Below, piece by piece: positions 1 through 11,790 of a stretch of DNA of 64,000 nt. Positions within the stretch are counted from its first letter, which is position 1; every line of letters begins with the position of its first letter. This DNA comes from Chrysomallon squamiferum. Lineage: Eukaryota > Animalia > Mollusca. The position numbers were made by a program, and so were the translations under genes. The stretch is from positions 45,384,001-45,448,000 of the forward strand of contig CM022665.1 of assembly GCA_012295275.1 (NCBI GenBank), read 5' to 3'. The notes beneath the pieces were generated by a model. The model ran no database searches, was not told where the DNA came from, and saw only the letters and a list, made by a program, of their open reading frames with translations.

Positions 1-364
1 CTAAGTCCTTTTTCTTGTTATTATTAGGTATTGTTGTCTTTAGTCGCTGGTTCAGTTCTCAATAATCGTTAGATGAATGCAATTGTACGTGTAAATATGT
101 CAAATAAATAAATAAATAAATAAATTAAATTAAATAATTATGTCGAAAGCAAAGGATGACGCGAGAAAATTATTATTAATAACTGATGCGGATCCGGGGT
201 TGGGGGACGTCACTCGTGGCTCAAGCACCCCCCCTCCCACGTCATTTTTATGGTCTTAAAAACGTTTCGTGTTCAAAGTTAAATCCATCATAATGGTAAC
301 ACCCCCCCCACTCCGCCTTTCTGAAATCAGTGACCCGCCCCTGAGTTACCGAGTTACCCTGTTT
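1..364. repeat. Segmental duplication block A, copy 1 (pairs with 11791-12219)
   Basis: Direct, near-identical sequence, differing mainly in A-rich tracts. Confidence 0.95.
183..343. mobile_element. Possible MITE-like element (also 12037-12198)
   Basis: GC-rich ~160 bp patch with imperfect inverted ends (CTGATGCGGATCC ... GTGACCCGCCCCTG) in AT-rich flanks. Confidence 0.35.
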
Positions 365-599
365 AAATAAAGAAACTGGTAAGTGATATCACATTTCTCT
401 CTGTTTCTGCTTCAGGTCAAGGTGACATGTTTTCTTTGAGGATAATGTTTTAAAGATTTCGGTCAACGTCTGTAAGGGTACAGACGGGTTTGTCCCAAGC
501 TTTGGTACACAGTTTAAGCTTTAAGTCTACACTTAGTCTACATAGATAAACTTTAAACTCATTAGCATGCAGTAGACGTAGATGTTCACCAGAGGCTTG

Positions 600-677
600 A
601 TAAATTCAGGATAAGCACGTTCGAGGTTGTAAGAGGAATCGATCCTACCACATTCGATCTAACCACTGAACTAGTCA
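600..677 (-). mobile_element. Degenerate tRNA-derived SINE head
   Basis: On the minus strand, A-box-like TAGTTCAGTGG followed by B-box-like GGATCGATTCC. No cloverleaf. Confidence 0.3.
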
Positions 678-1584
678 GTGTAGGTGATAATAATAATAAT
701 AAAAAAAAATGTTGTTTAATAGTCTACATCCATAAATATTTTTGCTTGAATAATTATATTTTAAAATGCAGTGTTTTAATAAATGTAAAATAATAAATAA
801 ATAAATAAAAAGTAAAATAAAATAAAATAAAATAAAATAGAATAAAAAGTAATGATTGATGATTTTGATTATAGATGTAACACCGACTGCTGAAATAGAA
901 GTTGTAAATGTTTTGTTTAACTAATAATAATAGTAACAGTAATAATTATAAAATTAATAATAAAATTAATAGTAATAATAATAATAATAATAAAAATAAT
1001 AACTAAATAAAAAATGATAATTTTTTTTAATAACGACCAAACAACTGCCAGACAAGGATGATAATGGCGACAATAACAGCCAAAAAAGCAACAACAACGA
1101 TGATAATATTTAGTGTGGTTCATTTCCTAGAAGGAAGTTACAAACATCAAAGAGAAAGAAAAAAAAAAAAAAAAAAATTTTTGAAAAAATAACACAAACA
1201 GCTCAGAAATATGAAACGTATAACAGCATTCCGAAACTAATTTTCTTTTCTCTATTATAATAATGAATGAAAGTACGGTCTGAGGTCGTTTTTTCCGCAG
1301 ACGATAAAATTATAGTTCAGTGATGCTGAAACACAAAATAGTAGTGAGTTAAAGTAATTTGGCATGCCGGTATAACCTGTTAAATATACTAATCGTTACA
1401 GCACTGGTATATTAATACCAAATTTTCAAAATTTATCTTCTCGTTGTCTCTGTGACCTCTCTCTCTCTCATCTATCTCTTTCATCAGTCTCTGTAACTAT
1501 TTCTCTCTATAACCTGTCTGTCTCTCTGGCTGTCTCGTTACAGCATTGGTATCTCTGTATCTGTTTCGCCTATTCCCTCTGTAT

Positions 1585-1653
1585 CTCTCTCGTTCTCTCT
1601 CTCTCTCTCTCTCTCATCTCTCTCTGACTGTCTCTTTGTCTTTCTGTCTGTCA

Positions 1654-1733
<80 letters not shown>

Positions 1734-1766
1734 GTCTCTTTGTCTCTCTCTTTCTGTCTGTCTCTT

Positions 1767-1836
<70 letters not shown>
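1585..1836. repeat. (CT)n microsatellite
   Basis: Long interrupted CT dinucleotide run. Confidence 0.95.
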
Positions 1837-1839
<3 letters not shown>

Positions 1840-2788
1840 GTTCGTTCTCACTTCTGTTGGTGTTATTTTGGTTTCTTTTACATCTGTAACTGACAAGGCA
1901 GACTATTAACGCGTTGTGGCGTCTTGCACTGACTCTGTCAGACGTACGGACAGAGACTCTGAGGGGGAAAATCCTGAATCCGGTGTGGGGAAAGTCATCA
2001 GTGATATTGAGATCGCTGGCCTCAGGATTCGTGACATTCTCTAGATATCTCTCAGCGCTTGCCAGGCGGAACCAAGGGTTAGAATAACAGGCCTTCAAAA
2101 AATGCGCGTGATGAATTGTAATGAAGGATGTTGTTGTTGTTTTTTTCTGTCGGTTCCGGGAACCAGCATTAGTCACTTTTCGCGTGTTGTAGCGAAACTA
2201 GTCTGTACTAAAGCGAGTCCCCATGCTTTTGAAATAAAGATGGAAAATGTATCTGAGTCTCTTAAAAATGTATTAACATAAAATGTAAAAATATCAACTA
2301 GAATCACTAAAGGTACAAACAGAAAATACGAAGTGAGCTGGAATATGGCCAGGAAGGATACAAAAAGTATGGATGAAAATCAAATCATGTACACTAAAAT
2401 ATATCGCAAGGACAGTGGTACCCAAAAGTAAATATTCCTCATACTGGAAATAACGGAGGAAAAAAAAAAAAAAAAATAATAATAATAATAATAATAATTA
2501 AAAAAAATTAAATTAACTTAAATTAACTTAAATTAAAAAAAAAAAGGAAGAGAAAATAACTGAATCATGACTGTTTTAATGATGTACACACATTTAAAAA
2601 AAGAAAGAGCTAACTTTCCGGTTTTAACTACTCTTTGGAAAAAATCACGCTTTAAACCATTCGGCTAATGGTTGATATTTTTAATTATAAAAATGATTGA
2701 AATTCATAATATCTGTATCATGCATACTTTAACAATAAATAAACAGCGAATAGTTTAAAAACAGTTTAAAAAAAAAAAAACCTTTTAC

Positions 2789-2954
2789 CTTTAACAGCAA
2801 CTTGGACGTTTCTGTGGGACTTTCGGTGTGGGGCCCTTTTTATTACAAGTGTTCGCTGTAGAACTTCCAGACCGAGCCTGTCACTGGAAGGGATCTGATT
2901 GGACGAGACGACATTTCACCGTGTCGCATCATGAACCACGTGGTCAGGATGACC
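2789..2954 (-). promoter_or_regulatory. Duplicate copy of the candidate P450 promoter/first exon
   Basis: Same elements as 12551-12715: ERE 2942-2954, CCAAT 2898-2902, TATA-like ~2837-2845, donor GT at 2788-2787. Confidence 0.45.
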
Positions 2955-3455
2955 GTTCGTGCTCTGCAAGTTTGATCAGTCAATGAAATAAGGTCTGCAG
3001 GATCCCCAACCAACCAACCAACCAACCAGCTACCAACAACAACAACAACAACAATAATAACAACGAAAAGATTCAAAGAAAAAAAAATAATCAGAAGTCT
3101 TCCTCTAATCAGCACTACTAATACCACTGTATCGGGATTTTGGAAATAAAGAAAGAATATGTATCGTATTTTGTTATGCTTGTCATGTACAAACATTAGA
3201 TTACAAAAATTAATTTAAAATTTTTATATTTCTTTGACTATTAATCATACGTAATAAATTTAATCCATTATTTAAGTTGCATTTTTTTTTTCATTATTAT
3301 TATTTTTTTTTTTTGATTGTTTATACGTTCATAATTTAACATCTGTTCCTGTTGAAGCTAATAATTAGTTCTGAGGAAGGGTTTGTGTATTTTGTTTTCT
3401 TTTTTATTTTTTTTTCGTTTGTTAATTTTGTTGTTTTTTCAAGAAATCTAATTTT

Positions 3456-3676
3456 CTGAACAGCACTGAAAACACATCAGCACTTGATGATAACAAATGA
3501 GAATGAGGCGTATAAAAATTAAAAATATAAATGAATAAGTACCATACCACATGATATACCGTGAGTGACGAAGAAATAACTTGAAAATACGCATACATGA
3601 ATATTCCATGTAAAACATCACCAAAACACAAAATGCTGCATACAAATAATAGAACTGAACTGACTGGGACTGGGGC
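3456..3676 (+). mobile_element. Truncated left end of the same Tc1 element (duplicated)
   Basis: CTGAACAGCACTGAAAACACATCAGCAC (3456-3483) matches the reverse complement of 14600-14627 at 25/28. Near identical to 13212-13432, then ends abruptly. Confidence 0.75.
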
Positions 3677-4387
3677 CAATAAATATACAACAGCTAATAA
3701 TGTCCAAGCCATCGTTTGTTTGTGATCAGTTAGGAAAAAGAAAAAAAAAAAAAAAAAAAAAAAAAAAGGTAATTAAAAATTGAAAGGAAAAGAAAGAAAA
3801 ACAAAAGAAAGAAAAGAAAAGAAAAAGAAAGTATTTTCAGTGAATGGGAATTACGATTTTATGTTGTATTTTTTGCTGGTCGCAGAATTATGTACGTAAT
3901 GGTTCATGTCCTTTAAATTAATCAGCTTCTATAACCAAGGACGCTTCCCTGTTTCAACTGTCACGTTTATTACGGATCTGAATATCCTCTGCATATTACT
4001 CGTTACAGGAACCAGTGATAAAATGTAACAGTAAAACAGAACTTGAGGATACTAGGCTGAACTAAAATCAGCCTACACCTAGATACAACATCCCTTCCTA
4101 ACAGTTTATTTAATACAGTCCCCGTTTACTTACAAATAGATTTTTGTTGTTAATATAAAATATGTACAGTTTGTTTACAATTATGTATAAATATATAAAA
4201 AAAAGTTTGTACTCCTGTGATTTGATCTTTTCGTCTTTTTACCACCAAGTCGAGTTTTTCTACAGTTGTTTTCTTAAACAGGCGATGTTTGTCAAAACGT
4301 AATGTAATCTGTAAGGACAAGTAAAAGAGTCGCATGCCAGGATTCAGTAATTGAAACACACACACAGACACACAAACAGACACACAA

Positions 4388-4420
<33 letters not shown>

Positions 4421-5249
4421 CACACGCACACACACACGCACGCAGTCAGTCAACCAGACAGAAGAAAACATACACAAAGCATCTGTGTCCATTACAAGTC
4501 CACATACTTAAAAAAAAAAAAAACTAAATATAGTTGTTGCATGTATTGAGAGGCAAAGGTGATCACACACGCTATTAATCTGACTTATTACTGAACTCCA
4601 GTGTTCTCCATGAAGTCGATTTGTGAACCCCGCATCGTTTTGGTTAACTCTGACCTCATTATTGTATGGTCATAATTTTTCTGATTATTACGTTGATATA
4701 TCGATATTTTCAATATAATTTTACTTCATTCATACACTGTTTTTATTTATTTTTCAAATTATGGTAAAATTTCTTTTGGCTGTTTGTAAGGATCCATTTG
4801 ACGTTTATTACAGAACTTGTCTTTTATCATTTCATCTTAATTACTTATTTTAACTTTAAGCCGCGAGGAATGCATTCCGGAGATAACTTTAATTTTAAAA
4901 TATTGCCAGAATGTCTACGTCGTTAATTTTAAAAAAAAAAGGTAAAAATAATAATAATAAAATAATAATAATAATAATAAAAAAAAGGACCTGTCGAAAA
5001 TCATCGAAAGACTGAGTCTATTTTCCGTTACCTTCAAAGAATACTAGTTGCATTATATAAGAAATCATGGTTATTTAAATATTGTTCAGTTTTCCAAGCT
5101 AATTCTGTGCAGTTTACGACATGATGAAGTTTTATATTTATTTTTACCTTTTATCATTCACGCACAATCCCACAAACACACACTCACACACACACATCAC
5201 GATCCATGACATATAATAACAAAAAAACAACAACAAACAACAGCAACAA

Positions 5250-5255
5250 TTTATT
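5250..5255 (-). promoter_or_regulatory. Candidate polyadenylation signal of the P450 gene
   Basis: AATAAA on the minus strand ~70 nt after the stop codon, followed by a GT/T-rich tract. Confidence 0.5.
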
Positions 5256-5324
5256 CAATTATTCTGTACCCTAAGGTGGTTCGAATATTTACATTAAAAC
5301 TGCCTGCACGTACAAAATAATATC

Positions 5325-5503
5325 TCATCTGCGAAGAAAGCGAACTTTGAAGGGTAGCGGGGTTCTTGTTAGTCCACTGACTCCATCCATCTTTGGTAAT
5401 TCACCCGACTCCGGGGGCACTATTAAATAACGTTTGATGATAGACGCAAAAACCAGGAACAGTTCAGTCTTCGCGACATTTTCACCCAAGCATTTTCTGG
5501 GTC
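5325..5503 (-). CDS. P450 terminal exon with heme cysteine (not in ORF track)
   Basis: Acceptor TTTTTCAG| at 5504. Translates GPRKCLGENVAKTELFLVFASIIKRYLIVPPESGELPKMDGVSGLTRTPLPFKVRFLRR*, with TGA at 5327-5325. Confidence 0.95.
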
Positions 5504-5508
5504 CTGAA

Positions 5509-5509
5509 A

Positions 5510-5567
<58 letters not shown>

Positions 5568-5880
5568 TAAATAAATAAATAATAATAATAATAATAATGA
5601 TGATGATGATGATTATGATGATGATGATGATGGTGGTAATGATAAAATAATAAAATAATAAAAATAATATTGATAATAATAATGATAATAATAATAATGA
5701 TGATGATGATGATGATGATGACGGTGATGGATGATAAAGTAATAATAATAATGATAATAATAACAATAATGATAATAATAATAACGATAATAATAATAAT
5801 AATGATAATGATAACGATAATAATAATAATAATAATAATGAAAGAACAAGAACAAAAACAACAGCAGTAACAATAATAAT
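5509..5880. repeat. (AAT)n/(GAT)n microsatellite abutting the P450 last-exon acceptor
   Basis: Direct reading. A further (AAT)n lies at ~6100-6215. Confidence 0.95.
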
Positions 5881-6104
5881 GAAAAAGGCGAGGCTGGAGA
5901 TTAATAATGTTAATAATAATTATTATGATGGTCAGATAATAAAAACATTAGTACGTGTGTGCATAAGTGCGCGTACGAAGATAATTAATCACATGCACAT
6001 GTGTTCGCGAGAAATTTCCGTGCCAGAAAGGCGTGTTCAATCCATTAACTGTTGTCGTTGTTTTAAAAGCTACTCCTTCCCGAAAAAAAAAAAAAATTAA
6101 TAAA

Positions 6105-6205
<101 letters not shown>

Positions 6206-6744
6206 CATAATAATATTGTCCATAAAAATAATACACAGAATTAATCTATAAACATCCATTGACATGGAAGAAAATTCAGCATAGTCTGAAACAAAATATA
6301 CGTCAACAAGCCGAGATCTTGGAACTCTTCTCGCCCCATACTCGCGCACTTTAACCGTGTTTTATCTGCTTTTGCAGTGCCAGAGTCTGTAACTTTAAAG
6401 CTGGAGATCTTTTTGAAATAGGATATCATAATATAAAAAAAAGATCTTTCAGCTTTATTGGGGGAAAAAAAAAAACTATTGCTTAATGTATACAGTATGG
6501 TTTTTACACGGATGTAATTATTGTTACTCCTTGAAAAAAAATTAAAACAAACCTCCCAAAACCGATTAAAACAGTTTACAAAGTACACATTGTTTAAGAA
6601 ATAACAGATAGATATATATATATATATATATTATTTCTGAGGTTGTCGTCTACATAGAGTTTCATCTGTATGTCTATTTCAACCATTATCTCTCGTAAGT
6701 TATTGTTATATTAATCTGGGCTGAGTTGTAGTTATTAATTACAT

Positions 6745-7010
6745 GACATGAGTTAGTATTAGCAATCACGTGACATAGTATTAATAATATGACGTATGTT
6801 AGTATTAATAATCTGAAGTGAGTTAGTATTAATAATATGACGTGAGTGTGTATCAATAAATTGACGTGTTAGTATTAATAAATTGACGTGTTAGTATTAA
6901 TGTGACGTAAGTTAGTATTAATAACATGACGTAAGCTGTTAATAACCTGGCATTTATACGAATAATATGACATGATGTAATGTTAATATAATGTGATTGA
7001 GATGGTATTA
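6745..7010. repeat. Degenerate ~22-25 bp minisatellite in P450 intron 3
   Basis: About 10 units of consensus like TTAGTATTAATAAnATGACGTGAG. Confidence 0.75.
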
Positions 7011-8011
7011 ATACAGCTTTTTTAAAAATGTCACGAAATGTGAAGTTTTAATCGCCCTTGTAGGCGTGAAGGAATATTTTTCTTTTCTGTTCTTGTTTGA
7101 TAAAAATGATTAGATTTCATGTTTAAATGTTCTAAAAACAATTACAAGCTGAAATAAAAACACGTGTTACAATCATTAATTTCTGGTTTATTTCTTTTCT
7201 TTTTTTTTTTTTTTTTCGAAAATATACAATACAGCTGTGAGTGTTTGTGTGTATGTGTGTGTGTGTCTTCGCTTGTGCGTGCGTTTATATGTGAATTATG
7301 GTTGTGTGACCGTGTGCATTGTAAATGCGTTCGGTTCAAAATTCCCTCAAAAGTAAAATCATTTTCAACATTGTGGGTCAGGGATACCTGATATAACTAA
7401 AAATCTAACTGACATTTTAAGCAGTCAGTGATTAACGGTTCTTCTGCCATCTATAATTATAACATTATTGTTTTTAAGTTATACGACGGTGCTAACTGTA
7501 TCGTTAATTATATCAATGCATTAAATTAAACTCAAAAATTTAAAATACTTAATACAAGATCGACTGGTATTGATACATTTTACTTAATTTCTTTGTATCC
7601 ATATACGGACTACGGTTTGGGAGCGCATCTTTTTCCTCACAATCATATTTTGATTAATAATAAAATGTATTTCGTCATGAAACATATATGAGTCTTATGT
7701 GACCCTCCCTTTCTAAATCCTGCACCCAGGGGCAAATCTATAATGGTGCTAATGAAAACTTTAGCTTCCTTGCCACATAATCCAGGACGGGTCCCTTAAG
7801 CAACTTCAAAATTTAAACCAGAATCTGAGGTGCTGATAACTCATGTAAAAAAAATAAATAATAATAATAATAATAAAATAAAATACAAATTAAATAGAAC
7901 CAGCCTACTGAAGAAGATGACTATGGTTGGCCCAGATGTATTTGTTGTTTGCTAAGGAACCCCCAGAGCAATTCCACCACTGTCTACCTCTATCCTTAAT
8001 AACATACTCAC

Positions 8012-8452
8012 CCATGGAAAAAGGAACAAATTCAAGATATTTTGCTTCTTTTCCTTCACGCGTCAGAAACCTTTCAGGCCGAAAGTTGTAAGGATCCTTC
8101 CAAACTTTGGGATCAAAGAGCAGCGCGTGTATGTTCGGAATCACAATGGCATCCTTAGGAACTCTGTAGTTGCCGATCTGACCATCGTCGGAGAGCCCGT
8201 GAACAATAGCAAATGGCGCAATGTCTCCGAATCTCTGAATTTCATGGATGGTAGCGCACGTGTACGGCAGTTTGCTTCTGTCTGCTAACACGACGACGTC
8301 ATCGGAATCAGTGTTGGCGTCGATCTCGTCACGACAACGTTGCTGAACGTCTGGATGGTGCAGCATAAAAATCAGACCCCATCGCAGTGTTGTTGACGTC
8401 GTCTCCGTGCCGCCAACGAAAAGGTCGCCGATGACTCGTAACAACTGATCGT
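8012..8452 (-). CDS. P450 coding exon 3 (I-helix, K-helix ExxR, PERF)
   Basis: Acceptor TTTCCTCGGCAG|. Contains DLFVGGTETTSTTLRW, EIQR, FRPERF and PFSM. Donor G|GTGAGT at 8011. Length 441 nt, in frame. Confidence 0.95.
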
Positions 8453-9503
8453 CTGCCGAGGAAATAATCAATACGATTATGTTGTTTGGAATTATTCATT
8501 ATATATTTATTTATTTATTTGTTTTGTAATATTTGTAATAACTATAGACGTCTCTACAATTATATTTATCTCATAAAATAAACGAAAGATCTCTTGGGGA
8601 AAAAAATAACAAACAAAACAAAAAGCACAACAAACAACAACAAAAAAAACAACAAAAAAACCCCAAAATACATTTCCAGGCGCCTGATTTGTTTGGCAAG
8701 ATACGGATATTAAGTTCTTCAAAAAAACAAAAACAAAAAAAAAAGAGAATATCTAGCAGTCTAATAAAATAACAATAACAGTAACGGTTTCCAAAAAGTG
8801 ATATAATGAAGCCTGTCTGAACCTAGCAATTGTTTCTCAACACGTTACTGATGAAAATGGCTGCGGTATTTTAGGTATTTGACAGAATAGCTTACACGCA
8901 AGAATAAATGTGTTTGAATTAGTGCCAACTTCACTCGACACCATCAAACGTCAGAAACCTTACTTGGGGGGATTGACATTTAATGTTGATTTGATTCCAT
9001 TGAGAGACGATTTGTTGTCTGTGAATTATAATACATTTTATATCAATATCAAAATATATATCTATATATATACACACAGACACATACACACAAACACACA
9101 CACGAGAAAAGAAACCAGTTTTGGTTCTTCGAAAGGTTCATTTTTTAGGCTACATATCATGATCAGGGGATATTTTACTAGCAGCTTCTCATTCACAGAT
9201 ACATAGCTATTTAAGCCTTTGAATATTCACAGTCTGCAGGATCAAACCTCCTCAGTCGTTGTTGACAGATATTCCCATTCCAACTGAGCTTGCGGCCTGT
9301 TTTGTCAGAGTCGCGGGTGAAATCGGTTTTTTTCTGTCCATGAGATAACACAAACGAATAATTTCTATTAATAATATAAATGTAAAACAGAGAGAATTCT
9401 ATCGTCAGAGTTTTACAGCTACGTACGTATTAAAGTGTGTGTCCGTGAATTTCCTGATCGTAGAAGTCAAAATAATTTAATTTAATCAGCGAGTTATACT
9501 CAC

Positions 9504-10027
9504 CCGCCATCGTTGATCGAATCCCGTTAATTCGATTTTCTTCCATCTTCTTCAAATAGGCGTCGACGAAATCTCTCACGTTTGTCCCGTCGAAAGTCGA
9601 CTTGTGCTCCTCTATGATGGTTCTCAGAAAAGTCCGGACGAATTTCACGTTTGCGAGAACCTTGTTAAATTTGAAAACGTCGCCCGGGAGGTACCACAGA
9701 ACGGGGAAGAAGTTCAGAACCGACGTGCCACCGATCAGTTTAAAATTTTCGTCAAATATCTCCAAAAATCGTTTAAACTGCGGATCCTTGTGTTCGAATC
9801 GCTTGTTAAACGCGATGGAGCAAATCACGTTGGCTATCGCGGTTGGGATAAAATCGTTCGGATCGATGCTCGATCCGTCGATTATAAATCTAAAATGCGG
9901 AGGAGGTCTTCGACTTCCACGCGGATCATTTCCTGTAGCGACGGCCGGCCGAATGTGAATTGTCGAAGACATTTCACGGTGAAAGTTCTGTGTTCTTTCC
10001 ATTCCGTTCCTGATGTGTTCAACACAC
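9504..10027 (-). CDS. P450 coding exon 2 (contains frameshift at ~9885)
   Basis: Acceptor CCTTTAG| at 10028. Reads GVLNTSGTEWKEHRTFTVKCLRQFTFGRPSLQEMIRVEVEDLLRILDL*, then IDGSSIDPNDFIPTAIANVICSIAF...RDFVDAYLKKM in the shifted frame. Donor G|GTGAGT at 9503. Confidence 0.9.
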
Positions 10028-10213
10028 CTAAAGGATTAAGAATACGTTTTAGTTAATTAGTTAATTACAAATATATAATTATTTATAGCAAAAATTAAAA
10101 AATAGAAGAATGGAAGACATCGTGTTTTATTAAATAGCCTAAATATAATTTGTATAATTCCAGTTATTATATGTATTTTTTATTTATTTTTTATTTTTTA
10201 AATTTAGAGTTAC

Positions 10214-10574
10214 CTTTCCCTTGTCCAACAATATCCACGGAGAATATGTGGGGTCTGTTGGAGAAGATGCGACCGCGGTTGACAAAGGCTTCTTTAAACA
10301 TCTTGTAACTGCTGACCACAACAACGAGTCTTCTGCCCAAATAAAAGCTGAAGACGTCTCCGTATTTAGCACGGAACTCTTCAAACAATTTCTCCCTGTT
10401 GTGGCCAGCCACTTGAATTAAACTTCCCACGAGCGGTAACGGGGTGGGTCCCGGTGGCAGGCCCGTGGGGTACAGCTTCGCGAAAGAGGAGACGAGAACA
10501 AAGACAACGGAAAAGACGGCGAAGGATGCCAGCCAGTGGACTGTCTCCGCTGTTTCTACCACATCCACCATCAT
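10214..10574 (-). CDS. P450 coding exon 1 (MMVDVV...PPGPTPLP...VGQGK)
   Basis: ORF 10191-10574 has a hydrophobic anchor and LPPGPTPLPLVGSL. Donor is AAAG|GTAACT at 10213. An acceptor TTTCTATCCAG| lies 3 nt before the ATG (10578-10579), implying an upstream non-coding exon. Confidence 0.93.
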
Positions 10575-11186
10575 GAACTGGATAGAAATTCAGACAAGTG
10601 TTAAAATTATAAATCAGTACATTTCGAAACAGAAAAAAAAATAAATAAAAAGACTAGTAATATTTCAGCATTAGCATTATTGTCAGAAGACGTGTATCCA
10701 AACCCATGTTTTCCAAGAGAACAACAAGGAACTAAACTGCTGTAATACACACATACTGTTCCTTTTTATTTTTTTTCTTCTTTTTTTTTGTTATCGCTGA
10801 ACCCGTTATACTAACTATTTCCAAGATAAGGCTAGCCTGCGTTGTATTGTTCAAGCAGCCAGTGAATCCACAATACAAGCAGAACGCGACAGTTATCTGG
10901 GCTTTTGTGAAACGATCCGGATTACCAGACGCATCCAATTCTCCGTCTCCCGCCGTGGAATGTGATAATGACACCTCGGTACATTCCGTTTTTTGACGTG
11001 AGGTTAATGAACATAAATTATGATAATTATTTTCTCTATTACCAGTGTCACGTACTGTTAGTTGTCTTTACTAACTCGTTTAGACACAGTCACCGATCTA
11101 TACAGGCATATACATCAGAACGTATGTACGTACGTACACACCTACTTTTATATATGTATACATTTCAGGCAGTCGCAATCTTAGAT

Positions 11187-11219
<33 letters not shown>

Positions 11220-11790
11220 TCTTAAATCTACGAATATCTATGGATTACTATAATCCTGATATTTATTATTATTATTATTATCATCATCATCATCATCATC
11301 ATCGTCATCATCATCATTATTTATTAATTATATTACATTATTTATTTACTTATTATATTACATTATATTATATTATATTATATTATATTATATTATATTA
11401 TATTATATTTATTTATTTATTTATTTATTTATTTGTTTATTTATTACAAAAAATAAAATGGCTTCTTCAGATTATAACCTTGTCACAATAAACTGGTCAC
11501 TGTACAGTAGCTCAAGCAGACGACAAATTAGGAGGTCACTTCATTTTGACAGCAGATGTCAGCACTAGAAGGCCCTAATTTACGCGCCATTTTTAGGCCA
11601 ACGCCTCTCTTTTGATCTCTTCGCGTAAACTATTATAACTAACTAAAATGGCTGTCTTTTCTCCGTAACGTGTTATTTTCCTGTCGTCGTCAAGTGTACG
11701 TGTTTAGTGTGTTTTTATACTAGTTATTTGCTAAGTTATTTATCATATATTATCATGTATTATTTTACCAGCTGTTAATTTCATTTCAGT

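Larger units (their letters stand above)
2460..3676. repeat. Segmental duplication block B, copy 1 (pairs with 12221-13432)
   Basis: Direct repeat with a few percent divergence by eye. Duplicated spurious ORFs 2843-3196 and 12604-12954 show the identity. Confidence 0.95.

Noticed and set aside
600-677. Possible tRNA gene
   Set aside because: A/B-box-like motifs are too close together and no cloverleaf can be formed. Treated as a SINE relic.
1538-2176. 212-aa ORF with ER repeats
   Set aside because: Mostly (GA)n translation. The N-terminal part has no recognisable domain or splice support.
2843-3196. ORF conserved in two copies (also 12604-12954)
   Set aside because: Conservation reflects the recent duplication. 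It spans simple repeats and has no protein features.
9890-9920. Mini-intron (GT...TTTTAG) that might rescue the P450 frameshift
   Set aside because: The candidate introns are 25 and 31 nt (both 3n+1), so they do not restore frame, are too short, and would delete conserved helix residues.
9602-10644. Plus-strand ORFs overlapping the P450 exons
   Set aside because: Antisense shadows of coding sequence with no independent homology.
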